From Schizochytrium sp. TIO01 (taxonomy: Eukaryota > Protista > Bigyra: Labyrinthulomycetes): 64,000 nt of DNA. Numbering within the stretch: position 1 is the stretch's first letter; every line of letters starts with the position of its first letter. Below, piece after piece: positions 33,303 through 42,076 of this stretch. The notes beneath the pieces are model-generated. The model worked only from the letters and a program-made list of their open reading frames with translations, had not been told where the DNA came from and made no database searches. Location of the stretch: the NCBI GenBank assembly GCA_004764695.1, contig SMSO01000033.1:124001-188000 (forward strand), in the 5' to 3' direction. Made by a program: the position numbers and the translations under genes.

Positions 33303-33880
33303 TGTGAAGGTGACCTACGAGACGCTTAAGAGCTATATAAAGATCTGCGCAGCGACCACCCTAGTCACCTGTTCACAACTTTGGATTTGTGATGCAGGGT
33401 TCTGTGGACTCGATCAATCGATGAATCAATCATTGATTGAAACACTAATGATTGATTGACCACAGCCAGTCCTCTTCACTAATACCAATATGAACTAGTC
33501 TTAAGTGTTTTAACTAATTGATGATAGCAAGTCGTAGTGCATTGTACTTTGGGTGACCAGTAATCCTCAGAGATTAAAATATTTGATTAAGACAGCATAG
33601 CCACATCTGGTGATGACCAAGATCATTTAAAATGCAAATTTTGAAGGGAATTTATGCACTTGATCGAGGGGTATACCGAGATGTACAAGTATTAAAAAAA
33701 TTAAGTCCTGGTACCTACCAAAAACGTTGATGTGACAAAGCTAAAAAATTGCAACTATAGAGGTGCTATCAGATGCCATTTGGGAAACTTGTAAGAGCAT
33801 CTGTTCAAAATTCTTAATCAGGGAGTTCCTGAGTCTAAGTATGGAATCAACAAAAGTCAGGATCGTTTACTACATATTTG

Positions 33881-36800
33881 TTAGAACTTCTTGGCCCGGC
33901 CACGGGGCACACACGGCGGCAATCTGAAAGGGTGATTTTTGACGGGGAAAATAGGTGCAGAGTTCTTCATGGATAGATCCATTGAAGAAGATTCGAGCAA
34001 ATCAGGGGCACAGTTAAAAAACGCTTGACGAACAATCACTTCAACAGCATCCAAGAGAGTCAAAGAGGTATTCTCAAGGCGGAGAACATCGTTCTCGCAG
34101 TTAAACTTTGCAATCACCTGCTTCATGAACTTCTCAGCAATAGTATTGCACAATGTCGGCGTGCCCTCCTCAGGCCCGCTTGAAGATTGGCAATGAGCGC
34201 CCCAGTCTTCAGCAAAGCTGTTGAACATGCTCTGAAATGCAGAGCGCGTAGTCGAGTCAGTGATGCGCGGAACAACCTCGTTATTGACAAAGAGCTCCAG
34301 GTTCTCCTTGGTCACAGGAGAAAATACGTTTGCACCAGCCCAACGTTCAGTGAGGGGTTGGATTTTCTTGTCAAAAATTGGGTCAGCAGGAACCATACGC
34401 GGTTCATCACCTTCAATTACTTCACCTGAAATCTTATAAATTGTAGACCTGCTCATAAGCTCAAACAGCTGTGGTGAACCGACAGTGTCGAAGATCAGGT
34501 GTGTTCGATTGATTGGCGACTTATTGTTGACCCAGTGGACACCACCATTGTCAAACAAATATGCATAGCCTGCCTCCATATTTACTTCTGAGTCACCCGA
34601 GCCAAACTTGACATCCTTGTGAGTGATAACAGGAATGTGTACGCGGAAACGTCGGCCCCAGTACCCATTGCTGTATTGAGTGCTACGAGCACCGCCACCC
34701 TTTGCCCCACGCTGGTTCGGTCGGGCACCACCTCGAGCAATGAAGCGAACGTCATCAGTGTGTCTGACTACCTCTTCACCTGCCTTGAGCATCATATAAC
34801 GAGATCGTCCCACCACAGCACCAAGAGCGTCCATTGCCTTGCGCGTGTAAGGCACAAGCGAAAGCCGATCTGGAACAGGGGTAAAAGGCCCGATGCGACC
34901 TTGCTCTAGTTCTCCATTCAGAGTGACGAGCAAGATGAAGTAATTATTCACGTCCGCACGGAAGGTATAGCCATATTTATTTTCAAGAAGTGCGAGATCT
35001 TTTTTAAGAGCTTCTACATCAAACTTGATTGGGAGTCGGATGAAAGCCTCGTCGGATTGAGTAAGGCCATAAGCGTAGCCTTTAATCTTAGCATCAGCCA
35101 CCGTGGCCAGAGTCTCGGCCATGCACTGGCTATCTTCGCCAAGCATTGAATCCGTCAGGGAAGGAGAACTTACAGCAGCAGCAGGAGAAGACTCTTCAGA
35201 CATTTGAGTAGCCTTTTGCTGTGCTGACATAAGATCGTCATACTCATGACCAGTATTCAGCGGAGTCATAGATTGAAGCTCTTCAGTTGCGGTGGTTTGA
35301 GGCGTGCGCTTCACCCACGTGCGCTTTGTTAGATCAAGTGCAACATTTGTGAACTCGCTGCGCTTAAGTTCGCGCCATGTGCTGTCCACTGCGACGTAGG
35401 GAGCCCCAATGATGTTGATAATACCCTTGGTGCCCAGTCCTGAACGCTCCCAAAGCTGCTTGCCAGTGTCAATGTTAACAGCAATAAGGCTTGTCTCAAC
35501 CTCGCCACGGGCCTCACGACTACTCATAAAATCACTCATACCAAAGTACGCGATGCGATCAACTACAATGAGACCTTTCAAAAACTTTGGTTTCGCCGTG
35601 CTAATCGCAGTATGCTGCCAAATCACAGTTTTAGACGCCTGCACTGTCATCTGACCGTTGCAGTTCTTGGGCATATCTATCTTGATAAGAGCTGCGTCCT
35701 TAGAAGAGAGAGAAATGACCGATTGCCCATTGTCAACCATAACAAACCCATGCACCTGTTTGCCCACATTCTCAATTGTACATAGACGAAAACCTGTGGC
35801 CAGATCGAGCTCCACGAATTTGCTGTATCCAATATTGTGCAGAACAACCCATGCCGTGCCGTGGTCCGTGGGTGCGAGAGTGTTGATATGCTCTGCACGG
35901 GTAAACACAGGCAAGGTCTTGTGCGGCACAAGTTCTGGAAGCGTCAATTCGTGTACAGTTCCTGCAACATCAGCCACCAAAACACTGGCACGGTCCTTGG
36001 TCATGACAGCATCGTGCATGTAGCGGCTGTGCACATCTGATGACTTAACATAACCTTTTCCGGTGGGACCCTGTAGATCAATCTCCATCACTGCGTCTGG
36101 TGTCGACCCCACAGAAACCGTTCTTGAAACACGAACCATTCCCGCACTTGATCCCGGTAGCAACCCATAGTAAATACCGTGTCCCTCGTCCACAAAGGAC
36201 CAGAGATCGTTGTCCACGTCATAAAGAACAAGGCGCTGATGAGAGGATAGAAGCAGCACTGGACCGCCTAACTTTGCACTACTGCTGACCGCAGTGATTT
36301 TTGGCTGAGGCGGCTCGAGGATAGATTCTTTCACGATAACAGGCTTTGTTGGTGAAGGCACAGGCTTCGTTGGTGCAGGAACTGGTACGGTTGGGCGTTT
36401 TGTTGGAGATAATTGTGGCGTTTCCATGTCCTCATCGTCGTCGGATGCGGACACAACAGAAGAAGATGATGAAGAAGACTTTCTTGACTTGGAGCTGTGC
36501 TTAGAGGTTGAGGCGGTAGAACTACTAAGGATAGATTCTCTGAATGCTGGTGCATCCTCATGCTCTTGAACAGCAGTTTCCTGCATTTGCTCTCTCACCG
36601 AGTCGTGGCGTTTATGGTGCCCCAGCAGCAGCAGGTCGTTCTCGAGCGAGGATTTCTCACGCTTGATCGCATTGCTACGCTGACTGGACACCTCATTCTG
36701 GTAATCGAACGGCAAGTTATCCTGCTCCTGGAGTTTGATGTTGGCCTTCTTTAATTCATCCTTCTTTTCGTTCCGAATCTTCTCCTCCTGGTGCAAGAAA

Positions 36801-36967
36801 TTGTCGTTGTTCACCACCGTTACAGCCGGCATCGCGTAGTCTACACTCGGCATGCTCATCACGAACAGGTGCACCATAATAACGCAACCTGCCACCATCA
36901 GCACCATCATGCCCATCGGCATGCGTCTGCGATGGTCATTCCCATGCAAAGACCTTGAAGAAGACAT
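33881..36967 (-). CDS. Type II membrane protein: N-terminal TM anchor, low-complexity stem, His-rich beta-propeller-like domain, aspartyl/asparaginyl beta-hydroxylase-like 2OG-Fe(II) dioxygenase domain
   Basis: Basic residues then a hydrophobic helix (MMVLMVAGCVIMVHLFVM); dioxygenase motifs GRSRYMMLKAGEEVVRHTD...RVHIPVIT...YLFDNGGVHWVNN...RTHLIFD (HxD...H facial triad plus Arg). Confidence 0.8.
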   Translation of the reverse strand: MSSSRSLHGNDHRRRMPMGMMVLMVAGCVIMVHLFVMSMPSVDYAMPAVTVVNNDNFLHQEEKIRNEKKDELKKANIKLQEQDNLPFDYQNEVSSQRSNAIKREKSSLENDLLLLGHHKRHDSVREQMQETAVQEHEDAPAFRESILSSSTASTSKHSSKSRKSSSSSSSVVSASDDDEDMETPQLSPTKRPTVPVPAPTKPVPSPTKPVIVKESILEPPQPKITAVSSSAKLGGPVLLLSSHQRLVLYDVDNDLWSFVDEGHGIYYGLLPGSSAGMVRVSRTVSVGSTPDAVMEIDLQGPTGKGYVKSSDVHSRYMHDAVMTKDRASVLVADVAGTVHELTLPELVPHKTLPVFTRAEHINTLAPTDHGTAWVVLHNIGYSKFVELDLATGFRLCTIENVGKQVHGFVMVDNGQSVISLSSKDAALIKIDMPKNCNGQMTVQASKTVIWQHTAISTAKPKFLKGLIVVDRIAYFGMSDFMSSREARGEVETSLIAVNIDTGKQLWERSGLGTKGIINIIGAPYVAVDSTWRELKRSEFTNVALDLTKRTWVKRTPQTTATEELQSMTPLNTGHEYDDLMSAQQKATQMSEESSPAAAVSSPSLTDSMLGEDSQCMAETLATVADAKIKGYAYGLTQSDEAFIRLPIKFDVEALKKDLALLENKYGYTFRADVNNYFILLVTLNGELEQGRIGPFTPVPDRLSLVPYTRKAMDALGAVVGRSRYMMLKAGEEVVRHTDDVRFIARGGARPNQRGAKGGGARSTQYSNGYWGRRFRVHIPVITHKDVKFGSGDSEVNMEAGYAYLFDNGGVHWVNNKSPINRTHLIFDTVGSPQLFELMSRSTIYKISGEVIEGDEPRMVPADPIFDKKIQPLTERWAGANVFSPVTKENLELFVNNEVVPRITDSTTRSAFQSMFNSFAEDWGAHCQSSSGPEEGTPTLCNTIAEKFMKQVIAKFNCENDVLRLENTSLTLLDAVEVIVRQAFFNCAPDLLESSSMDLSMKNSAPIFPVKNHPFRLPPCVPRGRAKKF

Positions 36968-37128
36968 TATAATAGTATCTTTCCTCCTCTAAAAGTGCCC
37001 CGAACACCGTCCAAAACTTTGAGTTCTTGGAGCTCTGGTGCGTCAACTCTTTAACGTCGCGAAGAGCTTTAGACGACGCTGAAGCTGCTGTTAAGGGGCC
37101 CAATACGTTGCGATGTTTAGGCTGGTCT

Positions 37129-37328
37129 GGCCGGCGTCAACGGCGGATGACGGCTCCTCGGTGACACGGTTTTTGGGAGGGCTGGCAGGGTGAGGCCTGC
37201 GTCGAAGAGACCGTCTGGGTATGGCGGACACTCTGGGGAGCGGTCCTCCTGGGTGCCCGGCCTCCACAGAGTCACCACCAGAACGGTTTTACCTGGCTGG
37301 TGTGGCTCTACAGAACCCCAGCGCGGCC
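37129..37328 (+). ncRNA. Candidate structured non-coding element (unassigned)
   Basis: GC-rich island with several complementary stems containing G-U pairs (see finding); no family recognised. Confidence 0.25.
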
Positions 37329-38890
37329 GCTCGCGCAAAATATCGGTCGATCTCGTTTTGGTCTTGCCTGATTGATTATTATTGCCTTTCTTTTCTACCT
37401 TTTCTGTGTCAAAAAAATTGTAATTTGTGAATCCCGAAATCAAAAAATTACAAGGTACGAAACTGTGTCTTCCACGGCCGCACAGAGTAAATGAAGAAGT
37501 AGCAAGACAGTGATAGTAACGCCATGTACCCTCTTCAAACCAAAATTAGGAACGAAGAGAGGAGGTTGGAAAGGAAGATGAAAACTTTGCAGAGATCTTC
37601 TCTTACTGGCCCTCTCTAGGAGCCATCTACATGGCACTAGGACAACGCACCTGGCTCTGTTTGTGTACATACAGAAATCGAAGTAGCCGTGGAGGGGTAG
37701 AGTAACCATGGGGTCCTCATGCTACTTACTTGCTCACTGGAGGACTGCGCAACGCGGGAGCCGTTGAGGTGGCGGGACGTGTGACCGACTTTCTCCCTCC
37801 CTTCGTTGCTTTCTGTGTTGCTATTACTAGTAGGTAGCTTGCTTGGTCGCTGAGATTGCATTAAATTGACACCTTGAAACATCTACTCGTTTGGGTAGCG
37901 AGATGTCTCACCCCTGGGTTGTTTTTGATTCTCAATTGTTATTGTAGATTATGGTATGCAAGGAGTTGGATATCGTCGAAATAAGAGACGGATGAGTGGG
38001 CCGCTGGCGTAACTCATGTCCATGTGGATGCTTTGGCGAATGTTAGAAAGGTCCCTGTGATCAAGGGAATGGTCTTTTTGTTAATAGGACGGGGATCCCT
38101 GCTATGTAAGAATGCTATGAATGAGGAATTAATTGCCTTGGCGCCTCTCACGAATGTCTAGAGCATACTTGTGTTTTAACTCTTTACAAAGTCGAACATA
38201 CCTATCATCGAAACTCAATCAGTTTAAGTTGCGCTAGGCCCTGATAGGAATGGGATTTTTTTCTTTCAAAGTAATTGGTAAACTTAATGCATGGAAGAAA
38301 TCAATGCGAATTCATCTTGGTGTGCACTTTGTCACCTCGAGCTCGTCTGAGAACCAACCGGTAAAGCGACACGTTGAATTCCAAGCGCACACTTCAACAT
38401 TGGTTACGACAACACGATGACTCAGGTGAGCAAGAGTCCACACAAATATTGGTATGGTTGTTTACAAGTGATTTATATAGACAAGAGCTGAGGGGAACGA
38501 CCAAAAACTAGAGATCTGTGTACCTATTCATAGCTTCGCATACTACGTTCACTTTCTACTCCGAAAGACCTTTTGGTCAGCTAGATAGGCGCGCAGAACA
38601 GTGGCTGTGCGTGCTGTCTATCTGACTTGGCATTGTGCCTCGCGACATCTCTGAGGTGTTGCAAAGCCCGCAACTTTTAGTTGTATGCCTAGGCTTTGTT
38701 GTGTGATAGAAAGTATCTACAAGCAAGTTGCTTGTTGCTGAAGCCAGCAAACGAATCCATCACCAAGCAAAGCTCAGGGTCATCTTTAAGAATCATTCTT
38801 GCGTCTTGCGACGACAGTTCCACGTAGGAAATCTAATTGATTGCTTGTTTTGTTCTGGAGGACAAATCTGTCAAAACAAATCACTAAAAT

Positions 38891-41800
38891 ATGGCGGGCA
38901 AGGACAATGCAGCTACAGCAGGTCGTGTCTTGGTTTTTGCCAGGACGCGACCTATGCTTGAGCGTGAAGCTGGTGATCTACCCGCTGTCGAAATGGATAC
39001 TGAGACTGATAAGGTGATTGTGCGCTCAACGCCCGATGCTCTCAGTGTATTAAAGGAGACGAAGGAAGTTCAAATCGATCGCAAGGAGAAGGCATTTCAG
39101 CTCGATGGAGCCTTCCCGGAGGAATATAGTCAAAAGGATGTGTTCCAACGTGTCGGATTGCCAGTTCTTGTAGAGGTAATGAAGGGTTTTAATGGATGTA
39201 TTTTTGCCTATGGACAAACTGGATCCGGAAAAACCCACTCGTTGCTCAACAGCGAGGTAACAAACATGGAGGACGTGGGCATTCTGCCTCGTCTTGTAGC
39301 TACTTTATATGCACGTGCAGCTATGGACAAAGCAAATGTTTATCAGATTAATGCGGGTTGCTTCCAGGTCTATAACGAGCAGGTTGATGATTTATTGCAT
39401 CCGGATCACCGTCGGGGTGGTGGGCAAAATCTTTCGATCAACAAGGGAGGCGATATTCCGGACTTGACATGGACAGAGTGTGGCTCGCCTGCGTTCATGC
39501 TTGACACTTTTAAGCGAGCACGCTCAGGTCTACATTATGCAGAAACGAAAATGAATAAATCATCAAGTCGTTCGCATGCAGTATTTCAAATTCGCATTAT
39601 ACGCCGCCGCCGTGCTCAGCAAGGGTCGTCCGAGGTGCAAGGGTCAGGGGCCACCCGGATGCAAGCAACATGTGGCCAACTTTCAGTCGTTGATCTTGCT
39701 GGAAGTGAGCGTGTGAAGCGAAGCGGTGTTACTGGATCAAGCTTCAAAGAGGCTACCAACATTAATGGCAGTTTGCTTGCTCTTGGTAATGTAATCCAGG
39801 CTCTCGCAGATAAGCGAAAACATGTCCCCTTTCGCGACTCAAAGTTGACTCGTATTCTTGAAGGCTCTGTTGGTGGCAACTGTAAAACTGCGCTTCTGGT
39901 TTGCATTTCTCCTGCAGAGACTAGTACAAGCGAAACCCTTTCCACGCTTGAATTTGCGTCTCGTGCGATGTGTGTGGAGGTTAACGCAACTGTGAACGAA
40001 ACCTTTGTGGAGATTGATGCTGCTCGCCTTGCGGCGGATATGGATGAATCAAATGGAGCTAATTATGTAGATGACGACATGCTTAAGACATACAAGGAGA
40101 GCGAGACGGCATTGGCCGACGCTCGCGCCAAAATGGAAGAGCACGAGAAGCGTGCTGCAAACATGGTCAAGGAAATGGACAAATTAAGCTCGGCCCTTCA
40201 AGACAAAGAACGCAGTATTGTGGAGGCTGAGAAATTCAAGAAGCGTCAAATGTCCCAGATTGATTCGCTCAAGGAAGAGCTTGCAGAAACGGAGAAGCAG
40301 CATGCAATCGAGCTGGAAAAGTCAGAGCGGAACCAGCAAAGCCTTCAAGCTAAGGCATTGCAGGCTGAACGCGAGGTTGAATCCACAAAGGCGGCTTTAC
40401 AGCGTCTTACGCAGCGCCACACGGAAGAGCAAAAAGCAAAGCAGGCTGTTCAAGATAGACTAGCTGCTTTAGAAGCACAAATGAAAGGATCCGAGCTTGC
40501 TGCAGCACAGTCTCTTCGAGAAAGCAAAGAAGAAAACACAGAGCTGCGAGCTTCTCTTGCGCATGAAATTGAATCAAACAAGGCTGAACGTCAGGCTCTA
40601 CAGAAAGCTATTAATGAAGAGAAGCACCGTGTGGCAGAGCTTGAGTCAAACCTTGAGCAACTTTCTTCCGAGAAGCAAACACTAGAGACGAATCTCGAGG
40701 CAATGAATACAAAGGTGAACTCAATTACTGATATGTTGTCAAGCGAACAGCATAAAGTGCTGTCTTTGAGTACAGTACAGGCCGAAGCGCAAATGCTCAA
40801 GGGTGAGCTCGAAGCGTATCGAGCCAAAGAGGCAGATCTTATGCAGCGGTTGAGCAACGTGCAATCTGAACGCAATTCCTTGGATAGTAACATCGCTAGA
40901 CTTGAAGGCGATCACAATGACCTTAAGGCTCAACATGCACATGAGGTGTCGCTTCGCGAGTCCTTGGAAAAAGAGCGCGAGAACTTATCTCAGGAATTAG
41001 ACGATATGACACATAAACTTCGGGAGAATTCTCGGGCCATGCAAGAAATGCAAGACCAATATAGTTCAGAAGTGGAGTCCTTGCGCCAGTCGCATGAAGA
41101 TAACGTGACAAGAATTCGTAGGCAGAGCGTCGCTGATTCGGAGAAGCAAGCTCGTCACGCTGCGGAGGCGATGCAAGCGTTGGAGCTCCGTGCGCGCCAG
41201 GAGCACGATAAAATGCACGAGCGTCTCTCTATTGTACAAACTGACATGTCAGCGCAGGCCGATGCCCATGCAGATGAGGTTGCACGCCTCCATGCACAGT
41301 TCGCCAAGGAAATGGCTAATGCGTTACAGCGTGAACGCGACACGCACGCACGTGAAGTGACACAGCTCCGAGAGCAAATTGAGAAGAGCGTCGCAGATCT
41401 TGTATCGACAGAAAAGCAGCATGCTCATGAGCGTCGTGCATCAGTACAGCAAGCAAAAATCGAACTTTTGCATGCACAGGTTGCCAACCATGCTGCTCGT
41501 CGCGCTGTAGAAAAGCACATGGATCGTCTACGTCAAAAATACGCGCAGCTTCATGCGCGATTTCAGGCTCGCGAGTCCCGCACAGAGGACTTGCAACGTA
41601 TTGCTGACCAGCAGCGCGAGCTAAATGAGATGAAGCGAACAGTGAAGAATGCCAAACGCATCACTCAACAAAAGCAGCTTGAGCTTGAGCATGTGATGGA
41701 CAACGTGCGAATCTTCGGAACGCAATATGATGGCAAACGTCAAAACGAAAAAGTCTTACCCGGTCAAAAGGTTGGCGACCACAGCAGCTTTATGTCTCGT

Positions 41801-42076
41801 CAACGTACAGGACCACCTTCATCACACGGAACTAGAGGATCGAAACACAGTCAGTATAACCAGCAGCAACAGCCGCATAATCATTCTCGTAATACCGCAA
41901 TCCCTGGAGGGACTCGCTCTGAATCACCACAATTTCTTCAGCATAAAGAGACCTCTTTGCACCATGGAAGCTTATATGACTCCTCCTCATCGTCTTCACT
42001 TCATCAGAATGACTATGGATCACGTTCGCGGGGGTCAGTTGGCCGCCGGCCTTTGCCAACTCCTCCGGGCTTATAA
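38891..42076 (+). CDS. Kinesin motor protein with long coiled-coil stalk
   Basis: RTRP, P-loop AYGQTGSGKT, switch I NKSSSRSH, switch II VDLAGSE, HVPFRDSKLTRIL and ETLSTLEFASRA, followed by about 550 aa of heptad-rich sequence. Confidence 0.96.
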   Translation: MAGKDNAATAGRVLVFARTRPMLEREAGDLPAVEMDTETDKVIVRSTPDALSVLKETKEVQIDRKEKAFQLDGAFPEEYSQKDVFQRVGLPVLVEVMKGFNGCIFAYGQTGSGKTHSLLNSEVTNMEDVGILPRLVATLYARAAMDKANVYQINAGCFQVYNEQVDDLLHPDHRRGGGQNLSINKGGDIPDLTWTECGSPAFMLDTFKRARSGLHYAETKMNKSSSRSHAVFQIRIIRRRRAQQGSSEVQGSGATRMQATCGQLSVVDLAGSERVKRSGVTGSSFKEATNINGSLLALGNVIQALADKRKHVPFRDSKLTRILEGSVGGNCKTALLVCISPAETSTSETLSTLEFASRAMCVEVNATVNETFVEIDAARLAADMDESNGANYVDDDMLKTYKESETALADARAKMEEHEKRAANMVKEMDKLSSALQDKERSIVEAEKFKKRQMSQIDSLKEELAETEKQHAIELEKSERNQQSLQAKALQAEREVESTKAALQRLTQRHTEEQKAKQAVQDRLAALEAQMKGSELAAAQSLRESKEENTELRASLAHEIESNKAERQALQKAINEEKHRVAELESNLEQLSSEKQTLETNLEAMNTKVNSITDMLSSEQHKVLSLSTVQAEAQMLKGELEAYRAKEADLMQRLSNVQSERNSLDSNIARLEGDHNDLKAQHAHEVSLRESLEKERENLSQELDDMTHKLRENSRAMQEMQDQYSSEVESLRQSHEDNVTRIRRQSVADSEKQARHAAEAMQALELRARQEHDKMHERLSIVQTDMSAQADAHADEVARLHAQFAKEMANALQRERDTHAREVTQLREQIEKSVADLVSTEKQHAHERRASVQQAKIELLHAQVANHAARRAVEKHMDRLRQKYAQLHARFQARESRTEDLQRIADQQRELNEMKRTVKNAKRITQQKQLELEHVMDNVRIFGTQYDGKRQNEKVLPGQKVGDHSSFMSRQRTGPPSSHGTRGSKHSQYNQQQQPHNHSRNTAIPGGTRSESPQFLQHKETSLHHGSLYDSSSSSSLHQNDYGSRSRGSVGRRPLPTPPGL

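Noticed and set aside
37129-37170. HDV-like ribozyme (GGCCGGC...CTCCTCG)
   Set aside because: No P1 complement follows the putative L3, and the nested double pseudoknot cannot be assembled.
37286-37300. U1 snRNA 5' end (TTACCTGG)
   Set aside because: It lacks the ATACTTACCTG context, the U1 stem-loops and the Sm site.
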